A stretch of DNA of 64,000 nucleotides from Planctomycetota bacterium (GCA_965248575.1 CBDFJQ010000002.1:3744001-3808000), one strand, 5' to 3'; positions 40,962-51,304 are shown, counted from the first letter of the stretch. A program made the numbers and translations. Notes: generated by a model not told the origin, from the letters alone.

Positions 40962-42731
40962 ATGCAACCCACGACTCGCCTGTGCGTCCTGACCTTTCTG
41001 CTGGCCTCCCTGGGCTGTATGTCGCCGACCTTTGAAACCGGCGGAGCTCACCCGGCGGGGATGCTCGCCGGCGGCTTTGAGGTCGCCGCAACGATCGACG
41101 TGGGTGCAGCACCCCACGGCATCCTGTTCTCGGAAGAGGGGCGCCTCGCCTACGTGGCCCTCTCCGGGGACGACGAGCTGGCGGTCATCAATTGCGCCAG
41201 CCTCGAAGTCTTGCGCAAGCTCCCGGCGGGCAAGGTGCCCTTGGATGTGCTGGCTCTGGCGGACGGTGCGACCGGGGCGGGGGCAAGCGGGGGGGCGACG
41301 ACGGAGGGGCGGCTATTGGTCACCGAGTTTCGCGCGGCAACACTGCGCCAGCTCGCTGAGGGTGGCGAGGTTTGGAACGTCGGCAAGGGCCCCTCCCTCT
41401 TCGCGCCGCAGGTGGTGAACGGCCTGGCCTATCTCGCCTGCGAGTTCGCCGACGAGTTGGTGGTCTTCGACACACGCACGGGCGAAGTGCGCGAGCGGCA
41501 CGCCACCGGCGATCGCCCCTATCCCGCGGCGGTGACCCGCGACGGCGTGCTCGCCTTCGTCCCCAACAAGGACGAGAACACCGTCAGCGTCATCGACCTG
41601 CTGAACAAGGAGACGGCTGCGAGCGTCCCGGTCGGTACGGGCCCCACCGGCGGCGCCTTGTTGAACGATGAGACGACCTACGTAGTGGCCTGCGGCGGCT
41701 CGGACGAGCTCGTCTGGATCAACACGGCCTCCTTCGAGGAGGTGGGGCGCACGGCGGGGGTCGGGCCCGGGCCCTTCTCGGTGGCAGCAACCCCCGACGG
41801 CCGCTTCCTGATCGTCAACAATTCCGGGGGCTCGACCCTCAGCATCGTGAGCGTGGCCACGCGCAAGCTGGTGGGTGAGGTGCAGGTGGGTGAGCAGCCG
41901 ATCGTGGTGCGCATGCACCCCAATGGGCACCAGGCCTGGGTCAGCAATGAGCTGAGCGGCACGCTGAGCATCCTGGAGCTGCCTGCTCAACCACGGGGAA
42001 GGCCTGCGGGGGATGCACTCAACGAGCTGGTCGTGGTCGGGACCATCCACTCGGGCCATCTCGAGAGCGAACGCTACAGCCTCGATCTCCTGCGCGAGTT
42101 GGTCAGGGCTGTCCAGCCGGATCTGATCCTGGCCGAGATCCCCCCCAACCGCGCCGCAGAAGCCATGCGCGGCTTCCGGGCGGATGCTGTCGTCAGCGAA
42201 CCCCGGGTGCTGCGCTTCCCTGAGTACGTGTCGGTGATCTATCCGCTGCTGAACGAACTCCATTTCGAGATCGTGCCGACAGCGGGCTGGAATGAACCCA
42301 TGGCGCGCTTCCGCAGCGAACGCCTCAAGGCCATCGAGGCCGACCCCGAGCGGGCGGCGGATTGGCTCGCCTACACCGAGGCTAACGCCGCGTCCGATGC
42401 CTGCCTCGAAGCCTTGGGCGAGGGCGATGAGCCCCTCCTGATCCACTCCGACGCCTACGATGACTGCGCCGATGTCGCCCTCGCGGTGTACGACGCGCTG
42501 TTCAACGAGGAGCTGGGCCCCGGCGGCTGGACGCAGATCAACGAAGCGCACTACGGGCACATCGCCGCCGCACTGGACGCCCATCGCGGTGAGGGCTTGC
42601 GGGTGCTGATCACCTACGGCGCGGGGCACAAGGGTTGGTTCCTGCGCGAGCTGCGCAAACGGGGCGACATCACGCTGTTGCCTGTGGCTCCGTTTTTGGA
42701 CGAAGCTTTGTGGGAAATGGACGAACCGTAG
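40962..42731 (+). CDS. Lipoprotein: YVTN/YncE beta-propeller fused to a TraB/TIKI-like domain
   Basis: LASLG/C lipobox; VG..P propeller blades; C-terminal VVGTIHSGH...QPDLILAEIP...YGAGHK. Confidence 0.72.
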   Translation: MQPTTRLCVLTFLLASLGCMSPTFETGGAHPAGMLAGGFEVAATIDVGAAPHGILFSEEGRLAYVALSGDDELAVINCASLEVLRKLPAGKVPLDVLALADGATGAGASGGATTEGRLLVTEFRAATLRQLAEGGEVWNVGKGPSLFAPQVVNGLAYLACEFADELVVFDTRTGEVRERHATGDRPYPAAVTRDGVLAFVPNKDENTVSVIDLLNKETAASVPVGTGPTGGALLNDETTYVVACGGSDELVWINTASFEEVGRTAGVGPGPFSVAATPDGRFLIVNNSGGSTLSIVSVATRKLVGEVQVGEQPIVVRMHPNGHQAWVSNELSGTLSILELPAQPRGRPAGDALNELVVVGTIHSGHLESERYSLDLLRELVRAVQPDLILAEIPPNRAAEAMRGFRADAVVSEPRVLRFPEYVSVIYPLLNELHFEIVPTAGWNEPMARFRSERLKAIEADPERAADWLAYTEANAASDACLEALGEGDEPLLIHSDAYDDCADVALAVYDALFNEELGPGGWTQINEAHYGHIAAALDAHRGEGLRVLITYGAGHKGWFLRELRKRGDITLLPVAPFLDEALWEMDEP

Positions 42732-42907
42732 GGGGTGGTTGGGGAGGCGGGGCCGTCTTGCTGCGGGTGGGCCGGGGAGGGGCGGGGTCGCCTTCGGCTT
42801 CCGCTTCGGGTCGCATGCGCGTGGCGATTTGGATGGCAGCTCGGGACGTTTATTGGGATCGGAGATCGGGTGGCGCTGCGGGTTGTTGGTCGGGTTGGGT
42901 TGGGGTG

Positions 42908-43669
42908 TCAGTCGGGCAGGCCGAAGAGTCGGTCGGCTTGTCTCGTGTGGCACTCCATGCAGGATGCCATGCGGCCGGCGCCGGTGACTTCGCCCTCGGG
43001 GCTGACGGTGGCGTAGACCCAGCCTTCGTCGGTGGGGGCGATGGGTTGAGTGGGGCGGAAGATCAGGAACAAGCCTGCGCGGGGGCCGGCGTGGAACCAA
43101 CGACCGTCCCGTTGGATGGGCGGATGTTCGCGGGGGAAGGGCGTGGGGTTGTCGACATGGTCCGGGGCGAGGGTGTTCTCCACCGGCTGCCAGGCTTCTT
43201 TCACCAGGACTTGTTGCAGTTGGTTCTCTAGGGCGTTCCATTCGGCCGACGCGCTTTGTTGGTCAGCCCACCACTCGGCGGTGGGCTTGGCGCCGTAGGC
43301 TTCCGCGTCGAGTGCATAGAGCACGTAGAGCTTGCGGGCGTGGGGTGTGCCTGCGCCTGCGGCGCTGAGTTCGGGCTTGAGCAGCGGCAGGGAGCAACTG
43401 AGGGGAGCCCAGCGCAGGAGGTTGTCGACGCGCATCCAGCGCTCGTAATTCTGGGCGATTCCCAGGGCGAACTCGTGCCAGCGAGAATCGTTTTCGTCGG
43501 CCGGGGTCTCAGGAGAAGCGGCTGGGCCGGGAGGGCTTGGGACACTCTCTGGGACACTCGCCGTGCTGGATGAATGAGCTGGTGCCGGCTTTGCTGAACA
43601 GGCCGGCAGCAGAAGGAATGCGAGAGACGTTGCCACGGCGGGAATGAAGGACCCGTGAAAGAGCGGCAT
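42908..43669 (-). CDS. c-type cytochrome lipoprotein, cytochrome P460/c'-beta-like
   Basis: LLPA/C lipobox; VLVKE, LFLI and GWVYA strands; C-terminal CMECH heme motif. Confidence 0.68.
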   Translation of the reverse strand: MPLFHGSFIPAVATSLAFLLLPACSAKPAPAHSSSTASVPESVPSPPGPAASPETPADENDSRWHEFALGIAQNYERWMRVDNLLRWAPLSCSLPLLKPELSAAGAGTPHARKLYVLYALDAEAYGAKPTAEWWADQQSASAEWNALENQLQQVLVKEAWQPVENTLAPDHVDNPTPFPREHPPIQRDGRWFHAGPRAGLFLIFRPTQPIAPTDEGWVYATVSPEGEVTGAGRMASCMECHTRQADRLFGLPD

Positions 43670-43830
43670 GGTCGGGGCTCCTGAGTTCGAAAGGTGTCCA
43701 GCTAGCAGACCAGACCGTTCGTACGAGGCGCTGCGCGTTTTGAGAGGCCTGCGTCGCACTCTGGCTCTGAAACGTTCTCTGAAGAAAGGTCGCTGGGACT
43801 AGAAGAGTCGTTCTGGCTAGACTGACCGGG

Positions 43831-44973
43831 ATGACCACCCCACACAGTTACGACATCCCGTGCACCCTGGGACTGGAAAGCGTTCTTGTCGAGGAGCTGA
43901 ATCAACTCGGCGCTCAGGACGTCAAATCGAGGCGCGGCGGCGCCACCTGCACCGGCGACTCGGCCCTCGGCTACCGCGCCTGCCTCTGGCTGCGCTCCGC
44001 CATCCGCGTGCAAGACCTGCTCGGCGAGTTCGACGTCAAGGTTGAGAAGGACCTCTACCGCGAGGTGCGGGCCTTGCCGTGGGAGAACTGGATCACCCCC
44101 GACGACACCCTCGCGGTGAGCGCCACCGTGCGCGATTCGGTCTTCACGCACTCGGGCTTCGTGGCGCTGAGCGTCAAGGACGCCATCGTCGATCGCATTC
44201 GCGCGCAGGAGGGCCGACGCCCGAGCGTGGACAAGCGCAACCCGACGCTGCCCCTGCACATTCGCCTGAACAAGGGCAGGGCCAGCCTGGCCCGTGACCT
44301 CGCGGGCGAGAGCCTGCACAAGCGCGGCTACCGTCCGATCCAGGTGAAGAGCCCGCTGAATGAAGCGACGGCTGCAGGCCTGCTGCTGCTGGCGGGCTAC
44401 GACGGCACGGGTTTGCTCGTGGACCCCATGTGCGGCTCGGCGACCTTCCTCGTCGAGGCAGCCTGGATCGCCATGAACCGCGCGCCTGGTCTCGACCGTC
44501 GTTTCGCGTTCACCAACTGGCCGGACTTCGACCGCCAACTCTGGCACGACATCGTGGGCGAGGCGCTCGAGAAGGTGAACCCCGACACAGACGCGCGCTT
44601 CATGGGCATGGACCGCCATGCGGGCGCCCTCTCGCTAGCGCAGGAGGCCCTGGACGGAGCGGACGTGGGCGAGCTGGTCTCCCTGAAGTCCGGCGACGCC
44701 GCCGACTGGCAGCCTGCCCGCACACCGGACTGGGTCTTCACCAATCCGCCCTGGGGCGAGCGACTGAGCGAAGGCGTCGAGGAGAGCTGGGACGCCCTCG
44801 GCACGTTCTTCCGCCAATGCCCAGGGGCCAAGGTCCATGTGCTGAGCGGCTCCCCGGAACTCACCAAGCAGCTGGGCCTGAAGGCCACCAAGAAGTGGGA
44901 AGTACGCAGCGGCCCCATCGACTGCCGCCTGCTGCGCTACGCCATCCGGGCCAAGACCGCCAACAGCAAGTAG
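43831..44973 (+). CDS. THUMP-domain rRNA m2G methyltransferase (RlmL-like)
   Basis: GLESVLVEEL, SLHKRGYR, PLNEATAA, DPMCGSAT and TNPPWGER. Confidence 0.9.
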   Translation: MTTPHSYDIPCTLGLESVLVEELNQLGAQDVKSRRGGATCTGDSALGYRACLWLRSAIRVQDLLGEFDVKVEKDLYREVRALPWENWITPDDTLAVSATVRDSVFTHSGFVALSVKDAIVDRIRAQEGRRPSVDKRNPTLPLHIRLNKGRASLARDLAGESLHKRGYRPIQVKSPLNEATAAGLLLLAGYDGTGLLVDPMCGSATFLVEAAWIAMNRAPGLDRRFAFTNWPDFDRQLWHDIVGEALEKVNPDTDARFMGMDRHAGALSLAQEALDGADVGELVSLKSGDAADWQPARTPDWVFTNPPWGERLSEGVEESWDALGTFFRQCPGAKVHVLSGSPELTKQLGLKATKKWEVRSGPIDCRLLRYAIRAKTANSK

Positions 44974-45002
44974 GCCAGCCAGGGCTGACGGATCGCCTCA
45001 GG

Positions 45003-47492
45003 TCAGGCGTTCTGGCTCTCGGCGATGAGGTCGGCCAGCACCCGGGCGGCTTCCTGGAGCCAGGCATCCACCCGTTCGGGGCCGTCCGGCGTGGCGGTGC
45101 CAGCGACTTCGGTGTCGAGCGTGGGCTCACCGGCTTCGTCGCTGACAGTGGGCCCGTTCGCGTCGCCGTGCGCAGCAGCGAGGGATTCACTGCCCGGCTC
45201 GGAAACGGCCTCGTCATCCGCAGCGGCAAGGTCATCTGCAGCGGCAAGGTCTTCCGCTTGGGAAGCGGCCTCGTCGTCCACCGCCATGACGGCAGCCACG
45301 GCGTCATCTGATTCGTCTTCGATCTCCGGGAAGCCCTTGGCCACGCGCCAGGCGTTCAGGATGTTGATGCGCTGGGCGTCGTAGTCTTCCTGCTCGGCGC
45401 GGCGGGCTTCGAGGCTGAGGGAGACCGTGGTGTCCTTGCGCACTTCGCGCAGCAGGTTGAGCTCGCGGTTGAGTCGGTCCAGGTCCGGGTCGGTCTTGAC
45501 GCGGGCAAGACTGCGGGCACGCAGGTCCGGCAGCACCGACGGAATCAGCGAGTCCTCGTCCGGGCGCTTGTTCAGGGCAAGGGACTCGATGACGTCCCAT
45601 TCCAACGCACCATCCATGGAGCTCTCACCGATCTGCTCCGGGTCGTAGGTGGCAGGGAAGAAGATGTCCGGGGTGACACCGGCGTGCTGGGTGCTCTCAC
45701 CCGTCACGCGATAGAACTTGGCGATGGTGACGAGCAGCCGGCCGTTCGCCGCGCGGGTGACGGCCTGCACGGTGCCCTTGCCGAAGGTGCGTTCACCGAG
45801 CACGAGGCCCCGGCGATGGTCCTGCACCGCAGCGGCGACGATCTCGCTGGCCGAGGCACTGAGGCGATCCACGAGCACCACCAGCGGGCCACTCCACGCG
45901 GCGGTGCCGCTGGCCTTGAGCACCTGCACCTTGCCGTTGCTCTCGCGCACCTGCACCACAGGCTTGCGACCCAGCACCAAGCCCGCCAGCTCGTGGGCCT
46001 CGGTCAGGGAGCCGCCGCCGTTGCCGCGCAGGTCGAGGATGACTCCGTCCAGGCCGTCTTGCGTCATGTCGTCCAGGAGCTTGGCCACATCGCGGGTGGT
46101 GCTCTTGAAGTCGGCGTCGCCGCGGTTGGCAGCGGCCGTGTCCAGGTAGAAGGTGGGCAAGTCCACGACGCCGATGCGCAGGGCTTCGCCGTCGGCCCCC
46201 AGCATCTCAGCCAGGGCATCGGCAGCTTGCTGGGTGCCGGCGTCGCTGTCCGTCGCGCGCCGGGACGCGCGGCCCCCGCGTTCGGAGCCTTCGACCCGAG
46301 CCACCTCCACACCGCCGCTCACCTCATAGACTTCGCTGCTGGCGGACTGCTCTTCCAGCTTCACCTTGTCGCGCAAGATGTTGATGACCTTGGGCGGTGC
46401 GCCTTCGGGGGAGTCGGCCTTGCGCACGTTGAGGCGCACGATGGAGTTCCGCTCGCCGCGAATGAGCTGCACGGCGTCGTCCAGGCGCCAACCGATGACG
46501 TCCACCATCTCGCCTTCGGCACCCTGGGCTACTCCCACCACCTTGTCGCCCGGTTGCAGGCGGCCGTCCTTGTCGGCGGGGCCGGCGGGGATGATGCGCT
46601 CGATGGTGGCGAACTCCCCGTCGGGCCGCAGCACCGCGCCGATGCCCTCGAAGGAGAGGCTCATGCGCATGTCGAAGTTGTCGGCGATGCGCGGCACCAT
46701 GAACTGCGTGTGCGGGTCATAGGCGTCGGTGAGCGCCGACATGAAGAACTGGAACACGTCCTGGCCGTGGTACTGGCCGGCGCGCCGCAGTTGCTCTTGC
46801 TGCCGTTCCAGCAGGCGCTCCCGGGCTTCTTCCTGGGTACGGCCCGCCAGCTCGAGGCTGATGACCTGGGAGGCCAGGCGCCGCCGCCAGAACTCGTCGA
46901 GCTCTCCCAGGGTCTCTGCCCACGGGGCGTCCTCCCGGTCCAACTCCAGCTCTTGCTCGCTGCCGATGGGCAGATCGGAGAGGTCGCCTTCGAGGCGTTC
47001 CACGACCCAGGCCAGGCGGGCCAGCTGCCGCTGGTGGTAGCGGTTGAACATGCTGAAGGCCGGCTTCAGGTTGCCTTGCAGCAGCGCGTCGTCGAGGGTG
47101 TCCCGCCAGGTGACGAACTCGGCGAAGTCGTCCTCAAGGAGTACGGAGCGGGCGGGGTCCAGGAATTCGATGAAGTTGTCGAAGACCTGTCGCGAGAGGT
47201 CGTCGTCGGCATGGAGGCCCAGGTAGTGCACGCGCTGCAGGCGGCGCACGAGATCCTTCGCGGCCTCGGACTGCTCTTCGGTGGGCTGGAAGTTCTGGTT
47301 GGGTTCACCACCCACGGTGTCTTCGACTTGAGCCAGCGCGCTGGAAGGATCGACGCCCGTCGAGGCAGGGGGGGTGGTCTTGAGCGGAAGCGCGGCGACG
47401 AGCAAGAGCAGGGCCAGCAACAGGAGTCCCCGACTTCGAGGGTGGGACAAGCGCTTGGAGTCGGGGGGCGTGCTGGGACTGCCGAGGGCCAT
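45003..47492 (-). CDS. prc: Carboxy-terminal processing protease (S41, tail-specific protease)
   Basis: YDPHT, PDZ (FEGIGAVL), DLRGNGGGSL, SASASEIVA, TFGKGTVQ, KFYRVTGESTQ and GVTPDI. Confidence 0.9.
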   Translation of the reverse strand: MALGSPSTPPDSKRLSHPRSRGLLLLALLLLVAALPLKTTPPASTGVDPSSALAQVEDTVGGEPNQNFQPTEEQSEAAKDLVRRLQRVHYLGLHADDDLSRQVFDNFIEFLDPARSVLLEDDFAEFVTWRDTLDDALLQGNLKPAFSMFNRYHQRQLARLAWVVERLEGDLSDLPIGSEQELELDREDAPWAETLGELDEFWRRRLASQVISLELAGRTQEEARERLLERQQEQLRRAGQYHGQDVFQFFMSALTDAYDPHTQFMVPRIADNFDMRMSLSFEGIGAVLRPDGEFATIERIIPAGPADKDGRLQPGDKVVGVAQGAEGEMVDVIGWRLDDAVQLIRGERNSIVRLNVRKADSPEGAPPKVINILRDKVKLEEQSASSEVYEVSGGVEVARVEGSERGGRASRRATDSDAGTQQAADALAEMLGADGEALRIGVVDLPTFYLDTAAANRGDADFKSTTRDVAKLLDDMTQDGLDGVILDLRGNGGGSLTEAHELAGLVLGRKPVVQVRESNGKVQVLKASGTAAWSGPLVVLVDRLSASASEIVAAAVQDHRRGLVLGERTFGKGTVQAVTRAANGRLLVTIAKFYRVTGESTQHAGVTPDIFFPATYDPEQIGESSMDGALEWDVIESLALNKRPDEDSLIPSVLPDLRARSLARVKTDPDLDRLNRELNLLREVRKDTTVSLSLEARRAEQEDYDAQRINILNAWRVAKGFPEIEDESDDAVAAVMAVDDEAASQAEDLAAADDLAAADDEAVSEPGSESLAAAHGDANGPTVSDEAGEPTLDTEVAGTATPDGPERVDAWLQEAARVLADLIAESQNA

Positions 47493-47890
47493 CGGGGTGC
47501 TCCGTGAGACGGTCCGAGTTACAGGCGGATGCAGAGAAGAAGACCAGGACCAAGTTCGAGGCGACAGGATAGCGCGGTCTGGCCCGTCACGGTGTGAGGC
47601 CGTGGGAACGTCATCGTCCAGCCGAACCCATGTCCTGAGCGGTAGGCCTCGCGCGTCACCCAGCTGAAGGGTCGCGGCCCGAAATCTGACATCGGGGCGG
47701 TCCGGCCCTGCACGGACTGCCTTCCACTGATAAGGGGCGCTGCTCGTCGATCACTCGCCCTCTGCCGCAATTCGCAGCGTAGAGCAGGCTGACATGCAGA
47801 TTACGACAAGGTGATGAGAGCCTCGGAAGGGCTCTGGACGGATTGCGCGCCTCCGACCTCCCGCGTAGCTTTCAATTAGACGGAGCCCCC

Positions 47891-48568
47891 ATGCGCATCT
47901 TGCTTGTCGAAGATTCCGAACGCCTCGCTCAGTCGGTGCAAGCCGGCCTGCGCAAGTGTGGTCACGCCGTGGATGTGGTGGGCGAAGGGCCCCGGGGCCT
48001 GAGCTACGCCCGCAACAACCCCTACGACCTGATCATCCTCGACATCATGTTGCCGGGAATGGACGGACTGACGATCCTGCGCCATCTGCGGGAAGAAGGC
48101 GTCGACATCCATGTGCTGCTGCTGACTGCCAAGGATGCCGTGGAGAACCGGGTCGAAGGTCTGGAAGCCGGCGGCGACGACTACCTGACCAAGCCCTTCG
48201 CCTTCGAGGAGTTGGTGGCCCGGGTGGAGGCCCTGGGGCGGCGCGTGCGCGGCCCCTCCACGCCCAAGGTGCAGCTCGGCGACCTGGAGATCGACACCGC
48301 CGGGCGCCTCGTGCGTCGCGGCGAGCGTCTCCTGGATCTCTCGCGCCGGGAGTACGCACTCATCAAGTACCTCGCCTCCCGGACCGGAGAGATCGTCTCG
48401 CGCATCGAGATCGAGGACCACCTCTACGACGAGGACACCCTGCCGCTGAGCAATGTCGTGGCGTCCACCATCTGCGCCCTGCGCGACAAGCTGGAGGCCG
48501 AGGGCGAGGCGCGCTTGATCCACACCCGACGCGGGCTGGGCTACGTGTTGCAGGCGGACATTCCGTGA
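47891..48568 (+). CDS. OmpR-family response regulator
   Basis: MRILLVED, LDIMLP, LTAK, DDYLTKPF and winged-helix IHTRRGLGY. Confidence 0.93.
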   Translation: MRILLVEDSERLAQSVQAGLRKCGHAVDVVGEGPRGLSYARNNPYDLIILDIMLPGMDGLTILRHLREEGVDIHVLLLTAKDAVENRVEGLEAGGDDYLTKPFAFEELVARVEALGRRVRGPSTPKVQLGDLEIDTAGRLVRRGERLLDLSRREYALIKYLASRTGEIVSRIEIEDHLYDEDTLPLSNVVASTICALRDKLEAEGEARLIHTRRGLGYVLQADIP

Positions 48569-50061
48569 CGTCCATTCGCAATCGACTCACCATGAGTGTG
48601 CTCGTGGGGCTGGGTGGCACCTTCGTGCTGGCGGGGGCGCTCTTGCGTTCCAACCTGGCCCATTCCATGGAAGAGCAGTTCGACCTGGGCCTGGAATCGG
48701 TAGCCAGCGCGGTGGCCAACGAACTCGAACTCATCGGTTACGAAGAGGATGGCAGCCCGGAGATCGAATACGACTTCCAGGAGGCGGCCATGCCCAACTT
48801 CGTGGGCGGGGAGGACGCGGAGTACTTCGACCTCTGGATCGCCGGCGGCGAGGAGTACGGGCGCAGCCCGAGCCTGGGCCTCGAGAACCAGCATCCGCCG
48901 CAGTTCCCTCCCTCTGAGAAGCCGCAGTTCCGGGACCTGGAGCTGCCGGACGGGCGGCCCGGGCGCGCCATCGAGATCAGCGTGGCCGTGGCCTACGACC
49001 CGGCCGAAGTGCTGCTTTCACCGGACCAGATTGCCGAACTGCCCCGCGTAACCTGCGTGGTGAGCCGCACCCGCGAGGGGCTCAACGCGAGCATCGCCGA
49101 GCTGGGCCTGCAGATCTGGGGGCTGGGCGGCCTGGCCCTCGCCATGGCCGTGCTGATGGTGATCGTCTTCGTACGGCGAGGCCTCGCGCCCCTGAATCGC
49201 CTCAGCAGAGAGGTGGAACAGATCGACGCCTCCATGCTCGACAAGCGCGTGCAGAGCGAGGGCGTGCCCGACGAGCTGTCGGGGATCACGGCCCAGCTGA
49301 ACCACTTGCTGGAGCGCATGCAGGACAGTTTTGCCAAAGAGCGGCGCATGACGGCAGCCATGGCCCACGAGCTGCGCACACCCATCGCCGAGTTGCGCAG
49401 CGCCTCGGATGTGGCCAAGCGTTGGGCGGACGACCCGGAGCTCTCCCATGCCCTGACGGAAACGGCGCACGATGTGTCGCAGCGCATGAGTGAGTCGGTG
49501 GAGTCGATCATGCGTTACTGCCGACTCGAGGCCGGGCAGGACAAGCCGGAGCTGGAGAGCATCCCCGTCGGGCGTTTGCTGGACGAGTTGTGGCGGCCCT
49601 TCGGCGAGCTCGCTGCCAAGCGCGGCGTGCGTTTCCAGAATGATGTGCCCCGGGGCGCCGCGCTGGTTTCCGATCGCGGCCTGCTGGGCATCGTCTTCGG
49701 CAATGTGCTGAGCAATGCGGCCAGCTTCGCGTCGCCCGGCGACATCCGCGCGTGTTACTTGAACGGCGGCGTGGGTTCGACGGTGCACATCTCCAATGAG
49801 GCGGTGCAGCTGGAGGCCGAGGATCTTGGCCGCATGCGCGAGGCCTTCTGGCGCAAGGACAGCGCCCGCTCCGACGGCAAGCACAGCGGGCTGGGCCTGA
49901 CGCTCGTGACCTCCGTCTCGCAGGTGTTGGGCTGTCGCACGGAGCTGGGGCTGGATGACGGCCGCTTCTCGGTGGCGGTGGAGTTCGGCCCCGACGACCT
50001 GGCGGCGCTCCAGCAGCAGAACGACACACCTCAACCGAACGGCCAGGGATCGAGCTTCTAG
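48565..50061 (+). CDS. Sensor histidine kinase (2 TM, HAMP, HisKA, HATPase)
   Basis: GTGA overlap with the response regulator; MAHELRTPIAE, NVLSNA, FWRKDSARS and GLGL. Confidence 0.92.
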   Translation: MTSIRNRLTMSVLVGLGGTFVLAGALLRSNLAHSMEEQFDLGLESVASAVANELELIGYEEDGSPEIEYDFQEAAMPNFVGGEDAEYFDLWIAGGEEYGRSPSLGLENQHPPQFPPSEKPQFRDLELPDGRPGRAIEISVAVAYDPAEVLLSPDQIAELPRVTCVVSRTREGLNASIAELGLQIWGLGGLALAMAVLMVIVFVRRGLAPLNRLSREVEQIDASMLDKRVQSEGVPDELSGITAQLNHLLERMQDSFAKERRMTAAMAHELRTPIAELRSASDVAKRWADDPELSHALTETAHDVSQRMSESVESIMRYCRLEAGQDKPELESIPVGRLLDELWRPFGELAAKRGVRFQNDVPRGAALVSDRGLLGIVFGNVLSNAASFASPGDIRACYLNGGVGSTVHISNEAVQLEAEDLGRMREAFWRKDSARSDGKHSGLGLTLVTSVSQVLGCRTELGLDDGRFSVAVEFGPDDLAALQQQNDTPQPNGQGSSF

Positions 50062-50238
50062 CGGCCCCTCCGGGTTCGTTTGAGCCTGTCAGGGCTCACC
50101 ATCATGTTCCCGTCATCTCGGGTTTCTGGCAGCGGGATAGTCTCATGGTGGCCCCAAGGCCCTGAGCGACCCGCTCCACGCCGATGGCCATGTTTGCCCC
50201 CTGCTTCACCGCCGTCGCACACCGTTCGGAGAACTCCC

Positions 50239-50970
50239 GTGTTCGCCAAGATCGCCGTCACCGCAGTGCTCGCTTCCCTGATGCTCGGCTTCGCGCCTGA
50301 GCCGCTGCCGACCTTCAGCAACCCCACCGCCATCACCAACCTCTACGCGCCCTTCAACCCGGGCTCCGTGAAGGTGTTCCGCGGCCGCTCCGAAGGCGCG
50401 CGTACCGCTGTCGTGGAGTCGCACCTGACCGAGACGCGTTTCTTCGCCTTCAACGGCGAGATGGTCGAGGCCGTGGTGCTGGAAGAGAAGGAGTTCGAAG
50501 GCGGGCAGTTGGTGGAGATCGCCCGCTCCTACCTCGCGCAGGATGACGCCGGCAACGTGCGCTTCTTCGGCGAGGTGTCCATCGAGTACGACGGCGGCAT
50601 CATCGTCGGCCCGGAGGTGGACAGCTGGGTGGTGGGCGAGCTCATGCCAGAAGACCCGCCCGGCATCGAGTCCGTGCAAGCGCCCTTCATGTACATGGTC
50701 GCAAACCCCCAGGTGGGTGACAGCTTCAAGCTGCAGGACTTCCCCGGTGCCAGCGAGACCTACACCGTCATGAAGACGGGGCTGAAGATGAAGACGGCCG
50801 CCGGTGTCTACAAGCAGGTGATCCGCATCGCCGAGAAGAACGACCTCGAGCCCGGCCCCACGGAGAGCCTGTGGGTCGCCCCCGGCATCGGGTCCATCCG
50901 CGAGCGCGGCCACAAGAACCGCAACCAGTTGCTGGCCACGAGCCTGGTGGGTACGGGCGAGCCCGACTGA
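50239..50970 (+). CDS. Secreted hypothetical protein
   Basis: GGAGA RBS and GTG start; signal peptide; FSNPTAITNLYAP...YLAQDDAGNVRFFGE...WVAPGIG. Confidence 0.72.
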   Translation: MFAKIAVTAVLASLMLGFAPEPLPTFSNPTAITNLYAPFNPGSVKVFRGRSEGARTAVVESHLTETRFFAFNGEMVEAVVLEEKEFEGGQLVEIARSYLAQDDAGNVRFFGEVSIEYDGGIIVGPEVDSWVVGELMPEDPPGIESVQAPFMYMVANPQVGDSFKLQDFPGASETYTVMKTGLKMKTAAGVYKQVIRIAEKNDLEPGPTESLWVAPGIGSIRERGHKNRNQLLATSLVGTGEPD

Positions 50971-51002
50971 ACCTCTGATTCACCCCTCTTTAAAGTGGGC
51001 GC

Positions 51003-51032
51003 GGGCCGCGCGTTGTTATAAACGCGCGGCCC
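51003..51032. terminator. 12-bp perfect inverted repeat (terminator-like)
   Basis: GGGCCGCGCGTT-gttata-AACGCGCGGCCC, about 30 nt after the stop at 50970; no U-tract. Confidence 0.5.
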
Positions 51033-51304
51033 ATGCAGCAGACGAGAGAGTGAGGGGGACCGTAATTCAGGTTGTGAATCGCTCTCGTGGTGGCGTCTGC
51101 CCACGCCGATCACTGCGTACAGAATGCTGCGCCCGGGACCAGAGTAGGGGCGCTTCCAAAATCTGGCAAGGACAGCTGTGGGCCGGACTTCGATGCAGCG
51201 TCTGAATCGGTCGAAGCGTTCAACGGGGCTGTGGGCGACGAACTGAGGGTCCGTCCTGTGGAGGGGCTTCCCCCGGCGGGCGCATGCATGCCAGCATCTG
51301 GCGC

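Noticed and set aside
45219..45258. 18-bp tandem duplication in prc (DLAAAD x2)
   Set aside because: An ordinary slippage repeat in an acidic low-complexity linker.
32436..47507. Long ORFs 32436..34640 (+), 39350..40690 (-), 41313..43241 (-), 45684..47507 (+)
   Set aside because: Each lies antisense to well-supported genes and has shadow-type composition.
47493..47890. Possible tRNA or ncRNA in the prc/response-regulator gap
   Set aside because: No cloverleaf or recognisable riboswitch could be assembled by eye.
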